Below, piece by piece: positions 49,606 through 58,173 of a DNA stretch of 64,000 bases. The stretch is from assembly GCA_963717755.1 (NCBI GenBank), contig CAVQWY010000003.1, positions 96,169 through 160,168 of the forward strand. Reading direction: 5' to 3'. The notes beneath the pieces were generated by a model. The model had not been told where the DNA came from and did not search any database. It saw nothing but the letters and a program-made list of their open reading frames with translations. Each line of letters begins with the position of its first letter. The stretch's first letter is position 1. A program made the position numbers and the translations under genes. The stretch comes from an uncultured Microthrixaceae bacterium (GTDB taxonomy: Bacteria > Actinomycetota > Acidimicrobiia > Acidimicrobiales > VFJN01).

Positions 49606-50220
49606 GTGAACGTGGCGGACCCGGCCCTGTCGACACGTGACGCGATCCTCCTGGAGGCGCGCCACTGCTTCGCGGAGCAGGGCTTCGACGGCACCTCGCT
49701 CAACGACATCGCGGCCGGGGTCGGGCTCCGAAAGCCCAGCCTCTTGCACCACTTCCCGTCGAAGGAGGCGATGTACCAAGAGGTGTTCGAGACCTCGCTG
49801 TCGGACTGGGTCGTCCGGGTGGAGGCCGCCGTCGAGGTGAAGGACCAGGAGGGCTGGGCCAAGGTCGATCACGTGGTCACCGCCGCCTTCGAGTTCTTTC
49901 GCGAGAACCCCGACTTCGTCAGGATCATGCGCCGCGAGGCTCTCGATGGCCAAGGCCACCTCGGCGTCGACCTCGGCACCGTGCTCAAGCCGTTCTTCGA
50001 GCGGGCGGTGGCGTTCTTCGACGCGGAGATGGGCGAAGGGCGGTTCCGCAAGCACGACAGCGAGCAGCTGATCATCACCGGCCTGGGCGCGCTGCTCGGC
50101 TACTTCTCGGACGTGCCGTTCCTCCGCGGGGTGCTCGGACGGGACCCCCTCTCCGACGCGATGCTCGACGCGCGCCTGGAGCACATCCGCGAGTTCTTCC
50201 GGTCTGCCCTCGAGCCGTAG
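49606..50220 (+). CDS. TetR family transcriptional regulator
   Basis: GTG at 49606 within ORF 49291..50220. HTH block: [27 protein letters not shown]. Confidence 0.8.
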   Translation: MNVADPALSTRDAILLEARHCFAEQGFDGTSLNDIAAGVGLRKPSLLHHFPSKEAMYQEVFETSLSDWVVRVEAAVEVKDQEGWAKVDHVVTAAFEFFRENPDFVRIMRREALDGQGHLGVDLGTVLKPFFERAVAFFDAEMGEGRFRKHDSEQLIITGLGALLGYFSDVPFLRGVLGRDPLSDAMLDARLEHIREFFRSALEP

Positions 50221-50222
50221 GT

Positions 50223-51473
50223 CTAGAGCGCCGCGAGCGCGAGCTGCACGAGGGTGTCGATGGCGTTGGCGTCGTGCTCGACCGACTCGGGTTCGACGCG
50301 CCAGGTGCCGTCGTCGGCCTGGCCGAGCAGCAGGCGGATCGAGCACCGGGGCCCGAACACCGTCACCGGCGATCGCCTCGACGCCTGCCACCGGACCGAC
50401 ATCCCGAGGACGGTGTCGACCCCGCGCTCCCCGTCGAGCACCTCGAGGGCGCTCAGCGCGAGGCGGGCGTCGCGCTGGATCTGGGTGACCCAAGCGCTCG
50501 CCTCCTCCTCCAACCCGGGGGCCGCGCAGGAGGCCGCGTCGGTGAACAGCCGGCGAGCCGGTGCGAGGTCCCCGTCCGCCACGGCGGCCACCGCGCGGTG
50601 CGCGGCATCGGTATCGCAGGCCTCGGCGAACGCCAGCCAGCCGAGGTCGGCCGCCGTGGACCGCCAGACGGCCTCGGGATCCTCGCCCCGCACGAACGCC
50701 GCGGTCGACGCCAGCGGGAGCTTGTTGGCGAGCGGCTGCACCATCGGGTTGGCGAAGTAGCCGGCGCAGGCGTCGATCAACCCGGGTTCGCGGCCGCGCA
50801 ACGGACCCATGAACAGCCGGTCGACCATGACGGCGTCGTTGACCGGGTAGTTGTCCCACAGCATCGGCGCTCGTCCACCCACCGACTCGGCCCGAGCGTG
50901 CGCGTCCGCCACGGTGATGGCGTCGTTGAGGACCGCGCGCCCGGTCCATCCGATCGGGACGTCGTCCGGCGTTCCCGCCGCCAGGGCGTCGAGGTACGGC
51001 GACGGACGGATCCCCACGTACTCGGTGGGCACGACCGAGAGGTCGGCTCGATCGGCGAGGTGGTCTCGGAGCCACGTCGTCACCCGCGCGTGCGCGGCGC
51101 CCTGGTCCCCGCCACCGAACGGGATGTCGTCGAAGGCGAGGACGACGAAGGCGGCGCCGGCGGACACGACCTGGTCGACCTTGCGGGCCAGCGCCTCCCG
51201 ATCGCCATCGTCGTCGTACGCCATCGAGAGGCCGGGCGCGAGCGAGAACCCGAGCCGGTGCTGGCCCGCCGCCGCGAAGGTGGCGAACGCCGTCAGCTCG
51301 TCTTCGTCGTAGAGGTCGCGCCAGGACTCACGGTGCTTCGGATCGTCCTTGGGGGCGTAGACGTAGTCCCGCAGCCCCCGCTCCGCACACCACGCCATCA
51401 CCTCGGCGCGCGCCGCCCACGACCACGGCGGCCCGTAGAACCCCTCGATCACCCCAACCGGCCCGCTGGTCAC
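50223..51473 (-). CDS. GH84 beta-N-acetylglucosaminidase (O-GlcNAcase homologue), no signal peptide
   Basis: 416-aa ORF with GVIEGFYGPPWS, YVYAPKDDPKHR, the Asp pair in VVLAFDDIPF, and WDNYPVND. Confidence 0.7.
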   Translation of the reverse strand: MTSGPVGVIEGFYGPPWSWAARAEVMAWCAERGLRDYVYAPKDDPKHRESWRDLYDEDELTAFATFAAAGQHRLGFSLAPGLSMAYDDDGDREALARKVDQVVSAGAAFVVLAFDDIPFGGGDQGAAHARVTTWLRDHLADRADLSVVPTEYVGIRPSPYLDALAAGTPDDVPIGWTGRAVLNDAITVADAHARAESVGGRAPMLWDNYPVNDAVMVDRLFMGPLRGREPGLIDACAGYFANPMVQPLANKLPLASTAAFVRGEDPEAVWRSTAADLGWLAFAEACDTDAAHRAVAAVADGDLAPARRLFTDAASCAAPGLEEEASAWVTQIQRDARLALSALEVLDGERGVDTVLGMSVRWQASRRSPVTVFGPRCSIRLLLGQADDGTWRVEPESVEHDANAIDTLVQLALAAL

Positions 51474-51494
51474 GGGCCGCTACCGTACGCGCCC

Positions 51495-52139
51495 ATGCCG
51501 ACCCTGTCCGAGGCCGACTCGAAGCGGCTGTTGGCCACGCACGGGGTGACCTTCCCCGACGAGCGCCAGGTCACCGGCGCCGGTGATGCCACGACCGCCG
51601 CTCGAGAGATCGGCTTCCCCGTGGTGCTCAAGCTCGGGGGCGACGGGATCGCGCACAAGACCGAACGCGGTCTCGTGCGCCTTGGGCTCGCCGACGACGA
51701 CGCCGTGACCGAGGCCGCCGACGCGCTCCTCGCGGCCGCGCGGCCGGAGGACGGCGAGGTGCACCTGCTCGTGGCCCCGATGCTGCGCGGGAACCGCGAG
51801 CTCATCGCCGGGCTCCACCGTGACGAGCAGTTCGGCATGACCGTGATGCTCGGGGTCGGCGGGATCCTCGCCGAGGCGCTCGCCGACGTCGCGTTCCGCC
51901 TGGTGCCGATCACGCGGCAGGACGCCCACGAGATGATCGACGACCTCGCCACCCAGAGGCTGCTCGGCGAGGTGCGCGGGGAGCCCGCGGTCGACCGCGA
52001 GGCGCTCGTCGACGTGCTGGTCGGGCTGTCCGGTGCGGCCGAGGCCGACCCGTCGATCGTCAGCGCCGACCTCAACCCGCTCATCGTCGTGAACGGTCAG
52101 CCGGTGGCCGTCGACGCGCTGGTGGAGATGGCCTCGTGA
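51495..52139 (+). CDS. ADP-forming acyl/acetyl-CoA synthetase, ATP-grasp (beta) subunit
   Basis: 214-aa tail of ORF 50274..52139 with FPVVLKL..IAHKTERGLV. Confidence 0.65.
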   Translation: MPTLSEADSKRLLATHGVTFPDERQVTGAGDATTAAREIGFPVVLKLGGDGIAHKTERGLVRLGLADDDAVTEAADALLAAARPEDGEVHLLVAPMLRGNRELIAGLHRDEQFGMTVMLGVGGILAEALADVAFRLVPITRQDAHEMIDDLATQRLLGEVRGEPAVDREALVDVLVGLSGAAEADPSIVSADLNPLIVVNGQPVAVDALVEMAS

Positions 52140-53602
52140 GCGTCGACGCCGCCGGCTTCCAAGCGCTGTTCGAGCCGCGTGGCGTGCTGGTCGCCGGGGT
52201 GTCGACCCACCCCGGCAAGTTCGGGTTCGTGAGCCTCCACAACATCCTGGCGTCCGGGTACACCGGCGCGGTCTACGGCTCGAGCCGGGAGCCAGGGGAG
52301 GTGCTCGGCGTCCAAGTCGTCGCCGACATCGCTGACCTGCCCGACGACGCCATCGACCTCGTGTTCGTGTGCACACCCGCCGCCGCCAACCCCGATCTGC
52401 TGCGCGCCTGCGCCAAGAAGGGCATCCGCGCCGCGTTCCTCGCGTCAGCCGGCTACGGGGAGGCCGGCCCAGAAGGACAGCAGCTGCAGGCCGAGCTGAT
52501 CGCGCTGGCCGACGAGCTGGGGATGCTCGTAGCGGGGCCGAACGGTCAGGGCGTCGTGTCCACGCCGGCTCGGCTGTGCGCCCAGATCGTCGCGCCCTAT
52601 CCGCCCGCCGGGGGGATCGGCATCGCGTCGCAGTCAGGCAACTTCATCTCCTCGTTCATGAACTACGCGGTCCAGACGGGCGTCGGGGTGAGCCACGCGG
52701 TGTCCGCCGGGAACGCGGCCGCCGTCACGATCCCGGACTACCTCGACTACTACGCCAGCGACGCCGCCACCCACGTCGCCCTCGCGTACGTGGAGGGCGT
52801 GCCGGACGGCCGAGCGTTCTTCGATCGAACGCGGAAGGTCGCCGCCTCGATGCCGTTGGTGCTCGTCAAGGGCGGCGCCACCGCCGGCGGACAACGGGCG
52901 GCGGCGTCCCACACGGGTTCGCTCGCCACCGACGACCGCGTCTTCGACGGCATGTGCCGTCAGGCGGGCATCACGCGCGCGGCGTCGATCGAAGAGGCGT
53001 ACGAGGCCGCCGCCACCTTCGCCACCCAGCCGCTGCCGAGCGGCAACCGCGTCGTTGTCCTCACCACGGCCGGGGGATGGGGGGTGGTGACGGCCGACGC
53101 CATCGCGCGGTCGTCGCTCGACCTCACGCCTCTGCCCGACGACCTGCGGGCGGCCCTCGACGGCAAGCTGCCGCCGAGGTGGAGCCGCAACAACCCCGTC
53201 GACCTCGCCGGCGCCGAGACACGAGACACGATCCCGGAGGTGATCGACCTCATCGTCGGCCACCCGGAGGTCGACGCAGTGATCTACCTCGGGCTCGGGA
53301 TCCAGTCGAACCAGGCGACGCTCATGCGCAACGGGCCCTTCTACCCGGACCACGGCATCGAGCGGATCGTCGACTACCACGAGCGCCAGGACGCGCGCTT
53401 CGCGCAAGCGGCCGCCGACGCGTCGGAGCGCTTCGACAAGCCCGTGCTCACCGCCACCGAGCTGGCCATCACCCACCCTTCGAACGCCGGACCCGCGGCA
53501 GTGCGAGCCAGCGGCCGCCTCTGCTATGCCAGCGCCAACCGGGCGGTCACCGCCCTCGACCACCTCTGGCGCTACGCCCGGTTCACGGAGGCCCACCCGT
53601 AG
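52136..53602 (+). CDS. ADP-forming acyl/acetyl-CoA synthetase, CoA-binding/ligase (alpha) subunit
   Basis: 488-aa ORF with GPNGQG, SQSGNF and AASHTGSLA. It overlaps the beta subunit gene by 4 nt. Confidence 0.7.
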   Translation: MSVDAAGFQALFEPRGVLVAGVSTHPGKFGFVSLHNILASGYTGAVYGSSREPGEVLGVQVVADIADLPDDAIDLVFVCTPAAANPDLLRACAKKGIRAAFLASAGYGEAGPEGQQLQAELIALADELGMLVAGPNGQGVVSTPARLCAQIVAPYPPAGGIGIASQSGNFISSFMNYAVQTGVGVSHAVSAGNAAAVTIPDYLDYYASDAATHVALAYVEGVPDGRAFFDRTRKVAASMPLVLVKGGATAGGQRAAASHTGSLATDDRVFDGMCRQAGITRAASIEEAYEAAATFATQPLPSGNRVVVLTTAGGWGVVTADAIARSSLDLTPLPDDLRAALDGKLPPRWSRNNPVDLAGAETRDTIPEVIDLIVGHPEVDAVIYLGLGIQSNQATLMRNGPFYPDHGIERIVDYHERQDARFAQAAADASERFDKPVLTATELAITHPSNAGPAAVRASGRLCYASANRAVTALDHLWRYARFTEAHP

Positions 53603-53614
53603 CAGGATGGGGGC

Positions 53615-54238
53615 GTGCGCCTGCCCATGTTCCCGCTCGGCATGGTCCTGGTGCCGTCGGCGGGGCTGCCGCTGCACGTGTTCGAGCCGCGGTACCGCGC
53701 GCTGGTGCACGACTGCCTGGCCCGTGACCGCGAGTTCGGGGTCGTGCTCATCGAGCGGGGCCACGAGGTCGGCGGTGGCGACGTGCGCACGGATGTAGGC
53801 ACGGTCGCGCACATCGTCGAGGCCGCCGAGCTGCCGGACGGTCGCTGGGCGCTGGCGACCGTCGGCGTGCGGCGCATCCGCGTCCAGCGCTGGCTGCCCG
53901 ACGCTCCGTACCCGACTGCGGAGGTCGAGGACTGGCCGGATCCCGAGCCGGGCCCGGGCCATGCGGACGCGCTCGACGCCACCGTCGGGCGGCTCCGGCG
54001 CTGCCTCGCGCTGGCGGCAGAAGCGGGTGACACCACCGCACCCGCCACCATCGAGCTGACGAGCGACCCCGTGCTCGCCGGTCACCAAGCCAGCGCGGTG
54101 GCTCCGCTGGGCGCGCACGACCAGCAGCGGCTCCTGGCCGCGCCGACGCCAGACGACCGGCTGGAGCAGCTCGCGCGGCTCCTCGATGACGCCATCGAGG
54201 TGCTCCAGCTCAGGCTGGGGAGCCCCGGAGCGGGGTAG
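53615..54238 (+). CDS. LON N-terminal (substrate-binding) domain protein
   Basis: 207-aa ORF with MFPLGMVLVPSAGLPLHVFEPRYR. Confidence 0.75.
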   Translation: MRLPMFPLGMVLVPSAGLPLHVFEPRYRALVHDCLARDREFGVVLIERGHEVGGGDVRTDVGTVAHIVEAAELPDGRWALATVGVRRIRVQRWLPDAPYPTAEVEDWPDPEPGPGHADALDATVGRLRRCLALAAEAGDTTAPATIELTSDPVLAGHQASAVAPLGAHDQQRLLAAPTPDDRLEQLARLLDDAIEVLQLRLGSPGAG

Positions 54239-54253
54239 TAGGGTGCCACTCCC

Positions 54254-54586
54254 GTGGCTGCCCGACACGACGACTCGCCGAAGAGCATCCCCCAGGTCGC
54301 CACCGAGCTGTGGGAGCTCTCCACCGCGTACGCCAAGCAGGAGACCATCGACCCGCTGAAGGGGCTGGGGCGCTTCCTCGGCTTCGGGGTCGGCGGCGCG
54401 ATCCTGTTCGGGGTCGGCTCGATCCTGCTCCTCCTCGCCGGTCTGCGCGCGTTGCAGACCGAGACCGACACCACCTTCACCGGGAACCTCTCGTGGATCC
54501 CGTACCTCATCGTGATGGCGGCGGCGCTCGCCCTCAGCGGGCTGGTCGTGTGGCGCATCGTGAAGCGAAAGGGACCTGGACTGTGA
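54254..54586 (+). CDS. Holin-X-like (actinobacterial 'phage holin family') membrane protein
   Basis: 110-aa ORF with two TM helices. The family was recalled from memory. Confidence 0.45.
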   Translation: MAARHDDSPKSIPQVATELWELSTAYAKQETIDPLKGLGRFLGFGVGGAILFGVGSILLLLAGLRALQTETDTTFTGNLSWIPYLIVMAAALALSGLVVWRIVKRKGPGL

Positions 54587-54795
54587 ACGCTCAACCGCAA
54601 CCGATCCGCCGCGCCGACCTCGAAGCCAAGATGCGCGAGCTCCAAGGTGAGGTCGTCGAGACGCGCGAGTCGGCCACCAGCACGCTGCTGACGGTGGGCG
54701 CGGTCGTCGCCGTCGGCATCGTCGCCGTGGCGTTCCTGTGGGGGCGCCGCAAGGGCAAGCGGCGCACCACGGTGGTCGAGGTCCGCCGCATCTGA
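54583..54795 (+). CDS. Small C-tail-anchored membrane protein (DUF3618-like)
   Basis: Its GTG overlaps the upstream TGA. It has a helical N-terminus, one TM helix and a basic tail. Confidence 0.4.
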   Translation: MNAQPQPIRRADLEAKMRELQGEVVETRESATSTLLTVGAVVAVGIVAVAFLWGRRKGKRRTTVVEVRRI

Positions 54796-54995
54796 TGCTG
54801 CTCCGCATCCTCGAACGCTTGGCCCTGCGCCGGAAGCGCCAGGGCGCCAGCGGCCTCTGGACGGCGGTGGCCTTCGCCGCGTTCCTGCTGCGCCAGTACC
54901 AGAAGCGCGTCGGCCACGACGTCGTGCAGCTGCGCGAGGAGCTGCGCCCCGGCCAGGCGATCCTCATCACGCACACCGACCAGCCCCACGGCTGA
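54795..54995 (+). CDS. Small membrane-associated protein, hypothetical
   Basis: Its ATG overlaps the upstream TGA. From M20 of ORF 54738..54995. Confidence 0.3.
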   Translation: MLLRILERLALRRKRQGASGLWTAVAFAAFLLRQYQKRVGHDVVQLREELRPGQAILITHTDQPHG

Positions 54996-55005
54996 GCGAG
55001 GCCCG

Positions 55006-55206
55006 ATGAAGGTGCGGCTCCGCAACCCCAAGCGCGAGCTGGAGGTGGAAGGTCCGGTGCGCGTCCACGCGCTGCTGGCGCGGCTCGAGCTGAACCGCGA
55101 GTCGGTGCTGGTGATCGTGGGGGACACGCTCGTGCCCGGTGACGCGGTGCTCGCCGATGGCGACACGGTCGAGATCCGTCCGGTCATCTCCGGGGGTGCA
55201 GCGTGA
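55006..55206 (+). CDS. ThiS/MoaD-type beta-grasp sulfur-carrier protein (TtuB-like), C-terminus ..SGGAA
   Basis: 66-aa ORF. The Gly-Gly is followed by two Ala. Its stop overlaps the GTG of the next gene. Confidence 0.6.
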   Translation: MKVRLRNPKRELEVEGPVRVHALLARLELNRESVLVIVGDTLVPGDAVLADGDTVEIRPVISGGAA

Positions 55207-56138
55207 AGTGCACCGTCTGCAAGGGCCCGGCCGTCATCGACATCCGGCGCCACAACGCCAACTTCTGCCAGGAGCACTTCCTGCGGCTGTGCCGTGACCA
55301 GGTGGCCCGCGCCATCAAGGACTTCGACATGCTCCAGCCGAACGAGCGGGCGTTGGTGGCGGTGTCGGGCGGCAAGGACTCGCTGGCCATCTGGGACATC
55401 CTCCTGGAGCTCGGCTACCGGGCCGACGGGTTGTACCTGGGCCTCGGGATCGGCGACTACAGCGACGCGTCCGGCGAGATGGCTCGGGGCTTCGCGGCCG
55501 AGCGGGGCCTGCGGCTCCTGGAGGTGGACCTGCCGACCGACCATGGCTTCGACATCCCCAGCGGAGCCAAGGCCGCCCACCGGGTGCCCTGCTCGGCGTG
55601 CGGCCTCTCGAAGCGCCACCTGTTCGACGAAGCCGCTCGCAACGGCGGCTACGACGTGCTCGTCACCGGCCACAACCTCGACGACGAGGCGGCCGTGCTG
55701 TTCGGCAACGTGCTGCACTGGCAGACCGACTACCTCGGCCGGCAGCTTCCGGTGCTGCCCGCGCGCAACGGCTTCCCGCGCAAGGTGAAGCCGTTGGTGC
55801 GCCTGGGAGAGCGCGAGATGGCCGCGTACTGCGTCCTCCGGGGCATCGACTACATCGTCGAGGAGTGCCCGATGGCCGACGGCAACAAGCACCTCGGGTA
55901 CAAGGAGGCGTTGAACGCCGTCGAGGCGACGTCGCCGGGCACGAAGCACGACTTCTACTTCGGGTTCCTCGCCCGCGCCTCGGAGCGGTTCACGCGCGAG
56001 GCGGAGCTCGAGCAGGAACAGCTCAACGCGTGCGCGACGTGTGGCGCCCCGACCACCGGGGAGGTGTGCGCGTTCTGCCGCTTGGTGGCGCGGGCCACCG
56101 CTGTCCCCGTCGAGCTCGGCCGAAGGGCGGCGCGGTGA
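55203..56138 (+). CDS. ttuA: TtuA/Ncs6-type tRNA 2-thiolation PP-loop ATPase
   Basis: 311-aa ORF with CTVCKG..FCQEHF, SGGKDS, CSACG, ECP and CATCG..CAFC. Confidence 0.7.
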   Translation: MKCTVCKGPAVIDIRRHNANFCQEHFLRLCRDQVARAIKDFDMLQPNERALVAVSGGKDSLAIWDILLELGYRADGLYLGLGIGDYSDASGEMARGFAAERGLRLLEVDLPTDHGFDIPSGAKAAHRVPCSACGLSKRHLFDEAARNGGYDVLVTGHNLDDEAAVLFGNVLHWQTDYLGRQLPVLPARNGFPRKVKPLVRLGEREMAAYCVLRGIDYIVEECPMADGNKHLGYKEALNAVEATSPGTKHDFYFGFLARASERFTREAELEQEQLNACATCGAPTTGEVCAFCRLVARATAVPVELGRRAAR

Positions 56139-56914
56139 GCCGCGCCTTCCATGCGGGTGAGCAGGTGCTCCTCATCGACACCAAGAAGCGCCGCTACCTC
56201 CTCACCCTCACCGCGGGAAAGGAGTTCCACTCGCACTCGGGCACCGTCGGCCACGACGCGGTCATCGGCGCGGACGAGGGCACCGCGTTTCGATCGAGCC
56301 ACGGCATGACCTACATCGCCATCCGTCCGACGTTGGCCGACTTCATCCTCAAGATGCCACGCGGGGCGCAGGTCATCTATCCGAAGGACCTCGGCCCGAT
56401 CCTGCTCCTGGCCGACATCTTCCCGGGCGCGCGGGTGCTCGAGTCCGGCGTCGGCTCCGGCGCGCTGTCGATGACGCTCCTGCGCGCGGGTGCGGACATC
56501 GTCGGCTACGAGCTCCGCGAGGACTTCGCGGCGCGGGCCGCCAAGAACGTGGCCGGCTTCCTCGGTGACGAGGTGCAGTCTCGCTACCGCGTCGAGCACC
56601 GCGATTGCTACGAGGGCATCGACGAGACCGACCTCGACCGCATCGTGCTCGACCTCCCGGAGCCGTGGCAGGTCGTGAAGCACGCCGCTCGCGCCCTGCA
56701 CCCCGGCGGGATCCTCCTCGCCTACACACCGCAGATCACCCAGGCCGCCCAGCTCCGCGAGACGCTCGTCGAGTCAGACTTCGGCATGGCCGAGACCATC
56801 GAGGTGCTGCAGCGCGGGTGGCACATCGAGGGCCAGTCCGTCCGCCCTGACCATCGCATGGTCGCCCACACCGGGTTCCTCACGCACGCGCGACTGCTGG
56901 GCAGCCCGACCTGA
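56135..56914 (+). CDS. trmI: tRNA (adenine58-N1)-methyltransferase
   Basis: GTG at 56135 in the frame of ORF 55598..56914. Motifs: ESGVGSGALS, DLPEPW. GCD14/TrmI-family layout. Confidence 0.85.
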   Translation: MSRAFHAGEQVLLIDTKKRRYLLTLTAGKEFHSHSGTVGHDAVIGADEGTAFRSSHGMTYIAIRPTLADFILKMPRGAQVIYPKDLGPILLLADIFPGARVLESGVGSGALSMTLLRAGADIVGYELREDFAARAAKNVAGFLGDEVQSRYRVEHRDCYEGIDETDLDRIVLDLPEPWQVVKHAARALHPGGILLAYTPQITQAAQLRETLVESDFGMAETIEVLQRGWHIEGQSVRPDHRMVAHTGFLTHARLLGSPT

Positions 56915-58074
56915 ACACGCTCGACCTCCTCCTCGTCCTGTGCGGGGTCGCGGCCGCCATCGGAGGCCACCGGCTTGGGTTCCTGACCCGGGTCGCCTCT
57001 TGGATCGGGATGCTCCTGGGGGTGACGCTCGGTTCGTTCGTGCTGCCGCCCCTGCTGCGCTCCCTCGACGAGGCCGATCCACGGCAGCTGCTGTTCGTCA
57101 CCATCGGCGTGCTGCTGGGCATGGCCCTCGTCGGCCAGGCGCTGGGGCTGAGCGTGGGGACCCGCCTGCACGCCACCCTCCCGGGCGCGACGGTGCGATC
57201 GGCCGACCGGGCGGCTGGCGCGGTCGTGGCCGTGCTCGGCGTGCTGGTCGCCATCTGGGTGCTGCTCCCGCTGATGGTCGACGTGCCGGGTTGGTTCGCC
57301 TCGCAAGCGCGCAGCTCGACGGTCGCGCGGTTCGTGGACGACCGGTTCCCCGATCCGCCGGACACGTTCGACACCTTGCGCCGGCTGGTGGGGGAGGACC
57401 AGTTCGGGCGGGTGTTCACCGACATCTTCACGCCGGCCCCGGACCTCGGCCCGCCGCCCACATCGACGAACATCCCCCAACCTGTCGTCGACCAGGTGGT
57501 GCCCTCGACGGTGAAGGTCTCCGGGGCGGCCTGCCGCCGGATCCAGGAGGGGAGCGGGTTCGTGGTCGGCGACGGCCTCGTCGTCACCAACGCCCACGTG
57601 GTGGCCGGCGAGGACGAGACCGTCGTCCAGCGGAGCGATGGCTCCGAGGTGCGGGCTCGAGTGGTGGCGTTCGACCCCAACCGGGATCTCGCGGTCCTCC
57701 AGGCCAGCGACCTCGGTCGTCCCGCGCTCCCGCGTGGCCGCGTCGACGTGGGTGGCCTCGGTGCGGTGTTCGGCCACCCCGGTGGGGGAGCGCTGCGCGC
57801 GGCACCGTTCGCCGTGGGCCAGATCGTGACGGCGACCGGCACGGACATCTACGACCGCCGAGAGACCGAGCGCCAGGTCCTCATCCTCTCGTCGGCGCTG
57901 AAGCCGGGTGACTCGGGCGCGGCCCTCGTGGATCCGGGCGGCAACGTCGTGGGCGTGGCCTTCGCCATCGCCCCCGACCGTCCCGGCGTGTCCTACGCCC
58001 TCGCCATGGAGGAGCTCGACGCCGTCCTCGCCGGCGACCTCTCCACTCCGGTCGACACCGGCCCCTGCCTCTAG
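56911..58074 (+). CDS. MarP-like membrane serine protease (CvpA domain + trypsin fold); start codon unresolved
   Basis: ORF 57010..58074 carries TNAHVV, DLAVLQ and GDSGAAL. The first CvpA helix (LNTLDLLLVLCGVAAAIGGHRLGF) is encoded in frame from 56911, but there is no ATG, GTG or TTG there. Confidence 0.65.
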   Translation: MNTLDLLLVLCGVAAAIGGHRLGFLTRVASWIGMLLGVTLGSFVLPPLLRSLDEADPRQLLFVTIGVLLGMALVGQALGLSVGTRLHATLPGATVRSADRAAGAVVAVLGVLVAIWVLLPLMVDVPGWFASQARSSTVARFVDDRFPDPPDTFDTLRRLVGEDQFGRVFTDIFTPAPDLGPPPTSTNIPQPVVDQVVPSTVKVSGAACRRIQEGSGFVVGDGLVVTNAHVVAGEDETVVQRSDGSEVRARVVAFDPNRDLAVLQASDLGRPALPRGRVDVGGLGAVFGHPGGGALRAAPFAVGQIVTATGTDIYDRRETERQVLILSSALKPGDSGAALVDPGGNVVGVAFAIAPDRPGVSYALAMEELDAVLAGDLSTPVDTGPCL

Positions 58075-58173
58075 CCCTCGAGGACGCGATCACGGTCAAG
58101 GGCGCGACGAAGCACCGCGATGGGCTTGGTCGACCCCGCGAGCCTCGTCGCTCCCTTCGCCCTCGCTCGTGGC

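Noticed and set aside
54254-54586. The 'phage holin family' protein as evidence for a prophage.
   Set aside because: This family is widespread as a chromosomal actinobacterial gene, and no capsid, tail, terminase, integrase or endolysin genes are nearby.
58099-58156. An imperfect inverted repeat (agggcgcgacga..tcgtcgctccct) between the MarP-like and MgtE-like genes.
   Set aside because: It has one mismatch in 12 nt, a 34-nt spacer and no similarity to the 55-nt family. It is too weak to call.
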